A DNA stretch of 64,000 nucleotides, from contig JBMNLH010000001.1 in NCBI GenBank assembly GCA_050952625.1, forward strand, positions 352,001-416,000, in the 5' to 3' direction. The translations under genes were made by a program, and so were the position numbers. The first letter of the stretch is position 1. Each line of letters begins with the position of its first letter. The notes beneath the pieces are model-generated. The model saw only the letters and a program-made list of their open reading frames with translations. It had not been told where the DNA came from and did no database searches. This DNA comes from Bacillota bacterium (lineage in GTDB: Bacteria; Bacillota; Ch66; Ch109). Of this stretch, positions 1 through 9,405 are shown in pieces.

Positions 1-828
1 ACCCCGAATCTGGCTACCCTGATTGAATTAATCTTACGGGAAGTGCCGAGTTTGGCACGTTTGCGGATTAGTTCGGTCGAACCGACTGAGGTACCAGAGG
101 GATTGAGCGAAATTATGGCCAATTCCCGAGTTCTTTGCCGTCACCTGCATATCCCGCTGCAGAGCGGGGATGATGAAATTTTGCAAAGAATGCGGCGACC
201 TTATTCTACCGCCCAGTATGCGGCTTTAGTGCGTAATTTGCGTGATCAAATACCCGGGCTAGCCATAACCACCGATGTTATGGTCGGCTTCCCTGGCGAA
301 ACCGACGCCCACTTTGCCCGGAGCTGCTCTTTTATTAAGCAAATCGGCTTTAGTGATCTGCATGTGTTTAAGTACAGTCCAAGAAAAGGGACTCCAGCTG
401 CAGCCTTTAAGGAACAGGTAGTCCCTCCGATCAAGGAGAAGAGGAGTCAGTTTCTGATTACGCTGGCCGCTGCTTTGCAGCAAAGGTATGCGGCTGAGTT
501 TTTGGGTGAATCGCTGGAAGTCTTATTAGAGGAAGAAGTTCAGGTCCCGCCTAGGTTGCGGCTTACCATTGAAGGGTCATTGACAAAACACAAGGTTCCT
601 GGTGCTTGTCACGGGGAATCTGCGCCGGAAGAACAGCCGCAGCCGAATGAAAATACACCCAATGACCAGCCGGGGAAGTATTGGGCTGGTTATTCAGACA
701 ACTACCTGCGGGTCACGGTTCCGGTCCTCGGGAATGACTCAATGGCCGGAAGATTCGTCAAGGTAAGTTTAATGACTATAGATAATGAATTTTTACTCGG
801 CCGGATAATCGAGAATAGCAGGAACTAA
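1..828 (+). CDS. mtaB: tRNA methylthiotransferase MtaB (radical SAM), 5'-truncated by window edge
   Basis: RLRISSVEP, HLHIPLQSG, TTDVMVGFPGET, HVFKYSPRKGTPAA and GYSDNY motifs; conserved position before hit-rpsU; frame open from base 1. Confidence 0.92.
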   Translation, partial: TPNLATLIELILREVPSLARLRISSVEPTEVPEGLSEIMANSRVLCRHLHIPLQSGDDEILQRMRRPYSTAQYAALVRNLRDQIPGLAITTDVMVGFPGETDAHFARSCSFIKQIGFSDLHVFKYSPRKGTPAAAFKEQVVPPIKEKRSQFLITLAAALQQRYAAEFLGESLEVLLEEEVQVPPRLRLTIEGSLTKHKVPGACHGESAPEEQPQPNENTPNDQPGKYWAGYSDNYLRVTVPVLGNDSMAGRFVKVSLMTIDNEFLLGRIIENSRN

Positions 829-886
829 AGGAAACATGACGAATAGAATAAAGCATGAGATAAAAGCACCGGAAGGGGGGGAAGCT

Positions 887-1231
887 TTGAACGATTGCCT
901 GTTTTGTCAAATAGCGGCCAAAAAGATTCCCAGTCAGATTGTTTTTGAGGATGACCAGATAATGGCTTTTAAAGATATAAACCCGGTCGCCCCGGTCCAT
1001 ATTCTTGTGATTCCTAAGAAACACATCCCTTCCTTGGCCGAGACTAGCCCTGAAGACCAACAGTTGCTCGGCTTGATTCAGGTGCAAGCCGCTAGAATCG
1101 CCGTCCAAGAAGGGATAGCCGAACCGGGTTACCGGTTAGTCGCTAATACTCGGGATGATGGCGGTCAAACAGTTGGTCATTTGCATTATCATCTGCTGGG
1201 GGGGCGGCCTATGCAGTGGCCGCCGGGTTAA
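887..1231 (+). CDS. hit: HIT family nucleotide hydrolase
   Basis: DCLFCQI start and HLHYHLLGGR histidine triad; TTG start after a GGGGGG SD. Confidence 0.93.
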   Translation: MNDCLFCQIAAKKIPSQIVFEDDQIMAFKDINPVAPVHILVIPKKHIPSLAETSPEDQQLLGLIQVQAARIAVQEGIAEPGYRLVANTRDDGGQTVGHLHYHLLGGRPMQWPPG

Positions 1232-1238
1232 GCTTTTG

Positions 1239-1268
1239 TTGACTTGCCGGGTTGGGTTATAGTATAAT
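1239..1268 (+). promoter_or_regulatory. sigA-type promoter for rpsU
   Basis: TTGACT-N18-TATAAT. Confidence 0.7.
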
Positions 1269-1361
1269 TATTGAGTATTTAAGCAATAGCCCGTAAGTCG
1301 AGCGAGCATTGCTTTGTTTAATCTTTTTTGGCATATCTTCCGTGGTGGAGGGAGGGATACA

Positions 1362-1538
1362 GTGAGCGAGATTAAAGTTGGAAAAAATGAAACCCTTGAT
1401 AGTGCCCTGCGCCGGTTTAAGAGATCATGCCAAAAAGCGGGTGTTTTAGCGGAAGCCAGGAGAAGGGAACATTATGAAAAACCCAGCGTAAGACGGAAAA
1501 AGAAGTCTGAAGCTGCGCGAAAAAGAAAATTCCACTAA
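1362..1538 (+). CDS. rpsU: 30S ribosomal protein S21
   Basis: [42 protein letters not shown]; GTG start after GGAGGGAGG. Confidence 0.98.
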   Translation: MSEIKVGKNETLDSALRRFKRSCQKAGVLAEARRREHYEKPSVRRKKKSEAARKRKFH

Positions 1539-1617
1539 AACCGATTAATATCGTGGAACATATGCGGTGTTTGTCACTAGGGCAGTACCCTGGGACAGTA
1601 AATTGTTTGACATCAAC

Positions 1618-1652
1618 AGGTCTGGTGGGTATTATTTCTGCCAGACCTTTTG
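1618..1652 (+). terminator. Intrinsic terminator after rpsU
   Basis: AGGTCTGG...CCAGACCT followed by TTTG. Confidence 0.55.
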
Positions 1653-1718
1653 TTATAATCCTGTCCTACATTGATACTTAAACACCTAATATTTTAGAAG
1701 GGTAGTTGATGGAAGAGT

Positions 1719-3092
1719 ATGGGTAATGGATCGGGCCGAAAGAGAAGACGAAAGTTGGTTTGGGTTATTGTAGCGGTGCTGGTTATTGTATCCTTCCTGC
1801 TCTCCATTGTTCTTCCGTTATGGGCTAGTCCGGCAACAGCCGAGCCGGTGGTTTATGTCGTAACTGTCGAAGATACGATTGAACCCGGGTTGGCTAAACA
1901 TATTCAACGGGCTTACGCCGACGCAGAGAAAGCCGGGGCCGCCTGGGTTATTTTAGAGATTGACACTCTGGGCGGAAGAATTGATGCCGCTATGGAAATT
2001 CGAGATACAATTATGGCAGCTCGCATCCCGACGGCTGCCTTTGTCGTTCATCGAGCCCTGTCGGCCGGGGCTCTGATTACCCTGGCCGGTCAACAGGTGA
2101 TCATGGACCCGGCCAGTACGATCGGGGCCGCGGAACCCCGCGTGTTTTCCTTGTCTAGCCAGCAGCCGGCTGATGAAAAGTTGGTTTCTGCTTGGAAAGA
2201 GGAAATGGCAGAAACAGCTCGGGCACATGGACGGGATCCGCAGATCGCTGCCGCAATGGTCGATCCGGATATCGAGATCCCCGGGGTGATCGAGCAGGGA
2301 AAATTACTAACCCTGGGGGCGGCGAAAGCTCAAGAATTAGGGATAGCTGACTATCTTGGAAAAACCCGGGAAGAGGCCCTGCAGCACTTGGGTGTCGGCG
2401 GGGCGCAACTGGTTGAGTTTGAGATTTCACCGGCGGAAAAGTTGGCCCGTTGGCTGACGAATCCACTAATTAGTGCGATTCTGCTCACTCTTGGTCTAGG
2501 TGGAATTGTTTTAGAACTGTTTACCATGGGCTGGGGAGTGCCTGGGACCGTGGGGATAATTTCCTTGGTGCTTTTCTTTGGCAGTAGTGTGGTGGCCGGT
2601 TTGGCCGGTTGGGAAACGATCCTCTTGTTTGCGATTGGCTTGGTTCTGCTGTTGGTTGAGATTTTGGTGATTCCGGGTTTTGGGGTGGCCGGTTTAGCCG
2701 GGCTGGGGGCCATGGGGGTCAGTATCTTCCTGGCTTCGGAAACCCCCCAACAAGCCCTGACCACGATGGCCATTGCCCTGGTGGGGGCAGTTGTCCTGAT
2801 CATTGTCGGAGTCCGATTAATGGGTACCCGCAATCTGTGGTCCAAACTAATATTGCGCACGCGGCAGGAGAACCAGGAAGGTTATCAGGCACCAGCCCTA
2901 CAGTTGGAGAAATATTTGGGTCAAATAGGCATAACAATAACCCAGCTGCGGCCATCTGGGGCTATTGAGATTGACGGAAATCGCATTGACGTGGTCACTG
3001 AGGGGGATTATATAACCCGGGGGGTAAAGGTTCAAGTCGTCAAAGTTGAGGGGACCCGGGTCGTCGTTCGGCCAGTCGATAAGGAAGGCTGA
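1719..3092 (+). CDS. yqeZ: NfeD-like membrane-bound serine protease (YqeZ)
   Basis: ClpP-like DTLGG and ALSAGALI motifs, TM bundle, C-terminal OB domain LRPSG...DVVTEG; upstream of floA. Confidence 0.9.
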   Translation: MGNGSGRKRRRKLVWVIVAVLVIVSFLLSIVLPLWASPATAEPVVYVVTVEDTIEPGLAKHIQRAYADAEKAGAAWVILEIDTLGGRIDAAMEIRDTIMAARIPTAAFVVHRALSAGALITLAGQQVIMDPASTIGAAEPRVFSLSSQQPADEKLVSAWKEEMAETARAHGRDPQIAAAMVDPDIEIPGVIEQGKLLTLGAAKAQELGIADYLGKTREEALQHLGVGGAQLVEFEISPAEKLARWLTNPLISAILLTLGLGGIVLELFTMGWGVPGTVGIISLVLFFGSSVVAGLAGWETILLFAIGLVLLLVEILVIPGFGVAGLAGLGAMGVSIFLASETPQQALTTMAIALVGAVVLIIVGVRLMGTRNLWSKLILRTRQENQEGYQAPALQLEKYLGQIGITITQLRPSGAIEIDGNRIDVVTEGDYITRGVKVQVVKVEGTRVVVRPVDKEG

Positions 3093-3164
3093 TTTTACTA
3101 TTGTAGGTTTTCATTGGCCATAGTACAATATAAACATACAATGATTATGCCAGGGGTGATCTTA

Positions 3165-3437
3165 TTGTCTCAAGTGGTTAAAAATTATACCTTCTCTCTG
3201 CCAGTTAACTTACTTAATAAATTAAAACATTATTCTAACGAAGGTTATGTTCCCTCTGTAAATGCTGCAGTAAAAGAAGCGTTAGAATCATATGTAAGAA
3301 TAATCGAAAAACAAAACCTTTATAATCAAATGAGAGAAGCGGCAAATGACCCTATGTTTTTGGAAGATTTGGAAGGCGTAATGAGTGATTTTTCTTATGC
3401 TGACTTTGAGTTAACAAAGGAGACTGTTAAACAGTGA
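3165..3437 (+). CDS. Putative type II antitoxin (ribbon-helix-helix-like)
   Basis: N-terminal TFSLP...SVNAAVKEAL and acidic C-terminus; 4-nt overlap with PemK toxin; TTG start after GGGGTG. Confidence 0.7.
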   Translation: MSQVVKNYTFSLPVNLLNKLKHYSNEGYVPSVNAAVKEALESYVRIIEKQNLYNQMREAANDPMFLEDLEGVMSDFSYADFELTKETVKQ

Positions 3438-3778
3438 CTTATCAATGGAGTATTTTTTGGGCAGACCTTAATCCCATAAAAGGTTCAGAACAAGCTGGAA
3501 CCAGGCCGGTTCTAGTCATTTCCGAAGAAATGGTTAATCAAGCTCTGCCAATTGTTACAGTGATTTGTTTAACCACTTATAAAGATGGCCGAAAAATATA
3601 TCCGATTGAGGTTTTACTGACACCGGATGATTCTCATCTCCGACAGCCTTCTATTGCTATGGCCCATCAGATTAGAGCTATTTCTAAAGAGCGTTTGGGC
3701 GAGAAGTGCGGGTTTATTGAAGGCGAAGAGTGTAGGAGAAAAATTAGAAGTATTATAAAATTATATTTAGATTTATGA
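3434..3778 (+). CDS. PemK/MazF family endoribonuclease toxin
   Basis: WADLNPIKGSEQAGTRPVLVIS and QIRAISKERL motifs. Confidence 0.93.
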   Translation: MTYQWSIFWADLNPIKGSEQAGTRPVLVISEEMVNQALPIVTVICLTTYKDGRKIYPIEVLLTPDDSHLRQPSIAMAHQIRAISKERLGEKCGFIEGEECRRKIRSIIKLYLDL

Positions 3779-4012
3779 TGCTATAATTGCCTGAGACAAA
3801 AGACTATAGCTGTAGGACCTTGGTAGGAATTTTGTAAAGTATAATGCTAGAAGAAGAAAAAAGAATCCCCACAAACTTTGTCGGGAGGCCTGACTACAAT
3901 ATATTTAAAATTAGTTGTAAGTAGCCATTATTTAGTTAATAATAAGTGGTAGCAGAAGATGTTGGCATCGAATGGTTAATTCAAGATTATAGAAGGAGGT
4001 AGATTAAAGGTT

Positions 4013-5002
4013 ATGTGGTCGAGCTTGATCATGTTCGTCCTGATTCTGATCTTAGTGGTTGTTTTCTTTACTTTTATTCCGATCGGTTTGTGGATTTCCG
4101 CCTTGGCCGCCGGAGTCCATATCGGAATTATCACTTTGTTCGGGATGCGTTTGCGCCGGGTGGTCCCTTCCCGGATTGTTAATCCGTTGATTAAGGCGGA
4201 CAAAGCGGGGCTTAAAGTTACGGTCAACCAGCTAGAGGCTCACTATTTAGCCGGGGGAAATGTCGACCGTGTGATCAATGCTCTGATTGCTGCCGAAAGA
4301 GCGGGCATTGATCTGCCTTTTGAACGATCCGCAGCTATTGACCTAGCTGGCCGGGACGTTCTCGAAGCCGTTCAGATGAGCGTTAACCCGAAGGTAATTG
4401 AGACCCCCCTGGTTTCAGCTGTCGCCAAGGATGGGATTGAGGTCAGGGTAATGGCCCGGGTAACGGTTAGAGCTAATATTGACCGTCTCGTTGGGGGAGC
4501 CGGAGAACAAACCATTATCGCCCGAGTCGGCGAGGGGATCGTGACAACCGTGGGTTCTAGTGACTCACACAAGGAGGTTCTGGAAAACCCGGATGCCATT
4601 TCGCGGACCGTCTTAGGTAAGGGATTGGACGCCGGGACTGCCTTTGAGATTCTCTCGATTGATATCGCTGATGTCGATGTGGGTCGAAACATCGGTGCTC
4701 AGTTACAGACCGATCAGGCAGAAGCGGATAAGCGAATTGCTCAGGCCAAAGCTGAGGAGCGTCGCGCTATGGCTGTCGCCCGGGAGCAGGAAATGATGGC
4801 CGCCGTACAAGAAATGCGGGCTAAGGTGGTTGAAGCGGAGGCCCAGGTGCCGCTGGCTTTAGCCGATGCCCTGCATAAAGGGAAACTGGGAGTATTCGAC
4901 TATTACCAACTGCAAAACCTCATGGCGGATACCCAAATGCGCGATACCATTTCTAAGCTGGATCCAAAGGAAGTAGGAAATGAGCCGACGCCTAGCCTGT
5001 AA
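4013..5002 (+). CDS. floA: Flotillin-like protein FloA (YqfA)
   Basis: [58 protein letters not shown]. Confidence 0.96.
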   Translation: MWSSLIMFVLILILVVVFFTFIPIGLWISALAAGVHIGIITLFGMRLRRVVPSRIVNPLIKADKAGLKVTVNQLEAHYLAGGNVDRVINALIAAERAGIDLPFERSAAIDLAGRDVLEAVQMSVNPKVIETPLVSAVAKDGIEVRVMARVTVRANIDRLVGGAGEQTIIARVGEGIVTTVGSSDSHKEVLENPDAISRTVLGKGLDAGTAFEILSIDIADVDVGRNIGAQLQTDQAEADKRIAQAKAEERRAMAVAREQEMMAAVQEMRAKVVEAEAQVPLALADALHKGKLGVFDYYQLQNLMADTQMRDTISKLDPKEVGNEPTPSL

Positions 5003-5019
5003 GTACCGAGTGGAAGGCG

Positions 5020-5664
5020 GTGGATCAGGTAATGGATGATTTATTATGGATAATTGGGTTAATCCTGTTCTTCAATTTTATGTCCTGGTTAAAGAAACTG
5101 TTTAGTGGCGGAAACATTCCGACTCAGGAAACCGGTGAATACCCGGAAACTGGTCCGCATCCGTTTGGACCAGTTCCTGAGCGAATAGATGAGCCAGCAG
5201 AACGAGAAAGCATGGGGAGGACCTGGCGGGAAGCGGAAAGCACCCCCCCCTCGGGTCTGCCTCCGTGGCTAATCTTAGAGGATTTTGAGAAGGAGCAATC
5301 TTTGCCCCAACAATCGCGCCAACTGCCGCGAAAGCGAGTGTGGTTACCAGAGACTATTGAAAAACAACCGGCCGGTGAGCTGCTTACTTCGACGCCGAAT
5401 TTAGAGGCCGGAAGTTTTAATCTATCTGATAGTAGGCTTCAGGTGCCTGACTCATTAGGGCCGTCACGGACAGAACAGTCTGATATAAGCCAGCCTGCAT
5501 TAAAAAACATGGATAGCCGCCCCTGGGCGGGTCGGGTTGTTGCGTCGAAGAGGTCATTGCTTGACCTGGGTTCAGATAGTGTAGCCAGGGGAATAATTTG
5601 GTCTGAGATTCTTCAATCCCCTCGCTGCCGGCGACCATATCAGTGGAACCGGGCAAAGAACTAA
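5020..5664 (+). CDS. Hypothetical membrane-anchored protein (YqfB-like position)
   Basis: N-terminal TM, low-complexity middle, C-terminal RGIIWSEILQSPR motif typical of genes after floA. Confidence 0.65.
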   Translation: MDQVMDDLLWIIGLILFFNFMSWLKKLFSGGNIPTQETGEYPETGPHPFGPVPERIDEPAERESMGRTWREAESTPPSGLPPWLILEDFEKEQSLPQQSRQLPRKRVWLPETIEKQPAGELLTSTPNLEAGSFNLSDSRLQVPDSLGPSRTEQSDISQPALKNMDSRPWAGRVVASKRSLLDLGSDSVARGIIWSEILQSPRCRRPYQWNRAKN

Positions 5665-5684
5665 CGGACGGGACCAGGAAAGAT

Positions 5685-5722
5685 GGCGGTCGCAGTAAAC
5701 CCGCCTTAACAAAACAAGGAGG
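5685..5722 (+). ncRNA. preQ1 class I riboswitch (Thermoanaerobacter-type)
   Basis: GGCGG-UCGCAGUAAA-CCCGCC-UUAACAAAACAAG-GAGG closely follows the T. tengcongensis aptamer (CUGGG UCGCAGUAA CCCCAG UUAACAAAACAAG); overlaps the SD of a queuosine transporter gene. Confidence 0.93.
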
Positions 5723-5733
5723 TCTTTTTTATT

Positions 5734-6438
5734 ATGGGAAATGCTAATATCCGTGGATTTTCCCCGATATTTTTGGGGTTGGCCTGTTTTTTTGTTACCT
5801 GTCTCCTGATTTCAAACATCATTGCCGGCAAACTGATCCAGGTATTTGGCCTGGTGCTGCCAGCGGCGGTTATCCTTTTTCCAGTGGCGTATATCCTGGG
5901 TGACGTATTGACGGAAGTTTATGGATTTAGACGATCCCGGTTGGTTATCTGGGTTGGGTTTGCCGCTAATGCCTTCATGGCGATAGTTTTTCTTATGACT
6001 TTATCCTTGCCTTATCCAGAGTTCTGGGGAAACCAGGAGGCTTTCGCTGCGGTGTTGGGCTTTACCCCAAGGCTGGTCGTGGCCTCCTTAATTGGTTATT
6101 TTGTGGGCGAGTTTACCAATTCTATGGTCATGTCCAAGATGAAGCTGCTGACTAGAGGCCGCTGGCTGTGGACCAGAACGATTGGATCAACTATGGTCGG
6201 TGAGGGAATCGATACAGTGCTGTTTATCAGCATTGCCTTTGCTGGCAGCCTTCCGGCTAATGGATTAATGGCCATGATCATTACCCAGTACCTCTGGAAG
6301 TTAGGCTACGAAGTGGCCGCCACCCCGCTGACGTATCGGCTGGTCAACTGGGTTAAGCAAAAAGAAGGGCTAGATACGTTTGACTATGGTGTAAACTACA
6401 ATCCGTTCAATCTGGAGGTTGAAAATGAACCAGTTTGA
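5734..6438 (+). CDS. Queuosine precursor transporter (YhhQ/Vut_1 family)
   Basis: SNIIAGK, DVLTEVYG, WTRTIGSTMVGEGIDT, TPLTY, YNPF motifs; preQ1 riboswitch upstream. Confidence 0.92.
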   Translation: MGNANIRGFSPIFLGLACFFVTCLLISNIIAGKLIQVFGLVLPAAVILFPVAYILGDVLTEVYGFRRSRLVIWVGFAANAFMAIVFLMTLSLPYPEFWGNQEAFAAVLGFTPRLVVASLIGYFVGEFTNSMVMSKMKLLTRGRWLWTRTIGSTMVGEGIDTVLFISIAFAGSLPANGLMAMIITQYLWKLGYEVAATPLTYRLVNWVKQKEGLDTFDYGVNYNPFNLEVENEPV

Positions 6439-6817
6439 ATTCGAAGCTTTAGGCAAAAGAATTCGCGAACCCCGAAAAAAGTTAGAAATTTTTCCGAAAC
6501 CGGCTGGAGTAGATAAAGTAACCTTGGACTCCGATGAGGTTACCAGCGTGTGTCCGGTTACCGGGCAGCCGGATTGGGAAACCGTCGTAATTGAGTATGC
6601 CCCAAATGAATCCTGCATTGAGAGTAAAAGCCTGAAGCTGTATCTGTGGAGTTTTCGCGAGGAAGGGGTGTTTTGTGAGGCCTTGGCCAGTCAGATCGCC
6701 CAGGATGTGTACGCCGCCTGCCAGCCGTTTTGGTGCAAGGTAACCGTGATTCAAAAACCGCGCGGCGGGATCAGGATTACCGCTTCAGCCGTGGTCGGAA
6801 GCGGTCCTGGCGATTAG
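6425..6817 (+). CDS. queF: NADPH-dependent preQ0 reductase (unimodular QueF)
   Basis: TSVCPVTGQPD, ESKSLKLYL, PRGG motifs. Confidence 0.92.
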   Translation: MNQFEFEALGKRIREPRKKLEIFPKPAGVDKVTLDSDEVTSVCPVTGQPDWETVVIEYAPNESCIESKSLKLYLWSFREEGVFCEALASQIAQDVYAACQPFWCKVTVIQKPRGGIRITASAVVGSGPGD

Positions 6818-7104
6818 ATAGAATTAAAATCATTATCGGTATCTACTTGGTCAAGTTTTGCATTTTATTAATTTTGGTATACCATAATTTGTTTCTATAG
6901 GTTACAGAAACGTGCCTATAAATTCCAAATCGATGCCAATAACGGACCGGACTTCAAAATAAGTGTAACGGACTGTGATCACAGTTTCTTGAAATATCAG
7001 GAACGATTAGAGGTGTTTCTTAAGGTGCAGTAACAGGGGCTATATGTACCGTTAATTATATATATTTGCAGTATACATATTTGCAGTATATATTTGCAAT
7101 AAAC

Positions 7105-7141
7105 ACAAACCGAGGTTTTTCAGAACCCGGTTTGTTTTTTT
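7105..7141 (+). terminator. Intrinsic terminator
   Basis: ACAAACCG...CGGTTTGT followed by a T-run. Confidence 0.65.
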
Positions 7142-7167
7142 ATGGTTGCATTGTTTGCGATTTGGTG

Positions 7168-7196
7168 TCATACGTTCTGTGAATCTGGAATAACTT
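7168..7196 (+). promoter_or_regulatory. Putative sigE-type sporulation promoter for yqfCD
   Basis: TCATA...AATAACTT resembles the sigE consensus; yqfCD is sigE-controlled in B. subtilis. Confidence 0.4.
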
Positions 7197-7220
7197 TGTA
7201 AGGAAGGGAGGCCTTTGCAA

Positions 7221-7505
7221 ATGAAGGGTCGTCACCCCAAGGACAAGGTTCAGCAAACCCTTACCCAGCTGTTGGAGATGCCGCCGGACCTAACTCTCGA
7301 CCTGCCTAAATTAACTCTCATCGGTAATATTCAGCTAATAGTTGAAAACCACCGGGGGCTGATTGAGTTTGGCCCGAACCGAACAATCATTAATTCTAGC
7401 CGGTGGCCAATTATCTTAAATGGCCGTAATTTAATGGTCCGGAGTATTCGAACGGACGAATTGACTATTGAAGGAGTCATTGATTCGATTACCTTTGGCG
7501 ATTGA
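7221..7505 (+). CDS. yqfC: Sporulation protein YqfC (YabP family)
   Basis: LDLPKLTLIGN...VENHRGLIEF motif; precedes yqfD. Confidence 0.92.
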   Translation: MKGRHPKDKVQQTLTQLLEMPPDLTLDLPKLTLIGNIQLIVENHRGLIEFGPNRTIINSSRWPIILNGRNLMVRSIRTDELTIEGVIDSITFGD

Positions 7506-7638
7506 CGGTTTACCTTACACTGGAATTTTTTTAGAGTAAATCCCCATCCTGTTTAGACAGCATTTAGGCTAGGTGATTTAAAAAAGGTGCCGGCTTTGGT
7601 GTTTGATTAACCAGCCGGCTAATGAGAGGAGAGTAGCT

Positions 7639-8901
7639 GTGTCCAACCAACAATGGTGGTCCAAGTTGACCGGCTATTTAATTATCGAAGTCGAAGGGGA
7701 AGGTCTGGAACCTTTCATTAATATGGCCATGACTCGGGGTATTCTACTCTGGGAGATCCGACGCACCGGCGAGCATAGCTTACAGGCCCGAGTTAGAATC
7801 AGCGGTTTTTTTGGCCTGCGCCATATCGCCCGGCGGACACGGTGCCGGGTTCGCATTCGAGCCCGGTGCGGCCTGCCCTTTTTAGCGGCTAAAATTCGGC
7901 GCAGAAAGGTGCTCGCAATTGGGAGCCTTTTGTTTCTGTCCATTCTTTACCTGCTTTCCTCTTTTGTTTGGGTAGTCAAAGTTACCGGCAATGAAAACCT
8001 AAAGGCGGAGGAGATCCTCGAAGCCGCGGAGGCCCATGGGCTGCGGCCGGGAGTTTTGCGGTCGCAGCTGGACAAGTCCTTGCTGGAACAACAGCTTAGA
8101 GAAGAATTTCCCGGTCTAACCTTTGTAACGCTGTGGGTTAAGGGAACAATGATTGAGATCGAGGTTGTCGAGAAAGTACTGCCACCGGAGGTGGAAAATG
8201 AAAAACAGCCGGCTCATCTAATCGCCAGTCGCGATGGAATTGTTGAAGATATCGTGGTTATGGTTGGTGATCCTCAAGTAAAACCGGGTGATACGGTCAA
8301 AACCGGCCAAATATTAATTTCCGGGGTAGTTCCTCCCCCAGGTACCAGAGAGCCGCCGCTCCCCGGAGTAATTCTGCCACCGCCGTTAGAGACGGAATAT
8401 AAATATGTCCATGCGCGGGGGTTGGTCCGCGCCCGAGTCTGGTATGAAGGTTATGGAGATGCTTATTTAGTTGAGGAGGAGGAGTATGACGGCGGCGAGA
8501 AGGCGACCCAGTTCAGGGCAACGGTTGGGGATAAAGAAATTATTCTTTGGGGCCCCCGGACGATCCCTTTTACCGAATATAGACAACAGTCTGCTACAAA
8601 AGGTTGGCTCAGCCAAGGTGGCCAGAAATGGGGCCTAAACTTTCCGCCGGTTCATCTGCATTCCGTGACTTTTTACGAAGTGATTAAACAGCGAGTGGAG
8701 CTTGGTCGTGAGGGAGCGGTTCAGGCAGCAACGAAACGGGCGGTAACCCAGGTTGAGCAGCTAAGACTGCCAGATTCGGAGAAAGTTCAGGAAAAAATAG
8801 AGCTAATTCCGGTTGAGGATGAGAATCAGGTTCGGGTGCGGGTCCGTCTGGAAACAATTGAAAACATTGGCCAGGTTAAACTTTTTTCCACCTATGGTTG
8901 A
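7639..8901 (+). CDS. yqfD: Stage IV sporulation protein YqfD
   Basis: GEGLEPFIN, VTGN, HLIASRDG, VKPGDTVKTGQILISG, HARGLVRARVWYE motifs. Confidence 0.93.
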   Translation: MSNQQWWSKLTGYLIIEVEGEGLEPFINMAMTRGILLWEIRRTGEHSLQARVRISGFFGLRHIARRTRCRVRIRARCGLPFLAAKIRRRKVLAIGSLLFLSILYLLSSFVWVVKVTGNENLKAEEILEAAEAHGLRPGVLRSQLDKSLLEQQLREEFPGLTFVTLWVKGTMIEIEVVEKVLPPEVENEKQPAHLIASRDGIVEDIVVMVGDPQVKPGDTVKTGQILISGVVPPPGTREPPLPGVILPPPLETEYKYVHARGLVRARVWYEGYGDAYLVEEEEYDGGEKATQFRATVGDKEIILWGPRTIPFTEYRQQSATKGWLSQGGQKWGLNFPPVHLHSVTFYEVIKQRVELGREGAVQAATKRAVTQVEQLRLPDSEKVQEKIELIPVEDENQVRVRVRLETIENIGQVKLFSTYG

Positions 8902-8970
8902 ACCGTGCTTTGCAGGTAATGCAGGCACCTGATGCCGCAATGAACTCTTTTCGACCTCTGGTTGAACCCC

Positions 8971-9017
8971 CCCTACCGCTAAACAGTGTTATCAGAACAT
9001 GAAAAACTAAGATCGCG
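8971..9017 (-). repeat. Dispersed intergenic repeat, module A (CATGAAAA type)
   Basis: Ungapped 34/47 match to the reverse complement of 20667-20713 (11 of 13 differences are transitions); shares ATCAGAACATGAAAAA with 58356-58371. Confidence 0.7.
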
Positions 9018-9141
9018 CCGTGTTTAAAACAAGGTAGTGATTGGCGGCTTACATATTTATTTTCGTTCCTAGTCTCACTAGCTGATCGCGTTATAATCAA
9101 GTTAAATCCAGGCGTATGTATTTTGGAGTGGTAGACTACCC

Positions 9142-9270
9142 GGGACAGTAAACCTGTCCCGTGTCCTACCGTGTCCAACCCGTGTCCCCCCAACCCGTGT
9201 CCAACCCGTGTCCTATAGTGTCCTATAGTATCAAACAGTGTCCGACCGGCCGGAAGAACCGTCCCCCTGG
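9142..9270. repeat. REP-like palindrome cluster with short tandem (C/A)GTGTCC units
   Basis: GGGACAGTAAACCTGTCCC palindrome, about 7 GTGTCC units, then a 21-bp exact inverted copy of 38986-39006 at 9246-9266. Confidence 0.75.
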
Positions 9271-9405
9271 TTGGGTTGAAAAACGATTGTAACAGTGACT
9301 AAGTAATGGGTTTGTTGTATAATAAGCCTGTGGTCATAGGATCAAGTGAAGTAAAGAGATAATTGGATGATTACATTCAAAATAAATTGATAACGAATTG
9401 GGAGG

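Noticed and set aside
7058-7100. Three copies of TATTTGCA(G)TATA; also ACATTAGATATAA twice at 14388 and 14409
   Set aside because: Short AT-rich local duplications with no assignable regulator or other copies.
8876-9193. 105-aa minus-strand ORF
   Set aside because: Made of intergenic repeats, with no SD or recognisable motif.
9160-9243. Mini CRISPR-like or guide array
   Set aside because: Units are 6-7 bp with linkers mostly under 10 bp, far too short for spacers.
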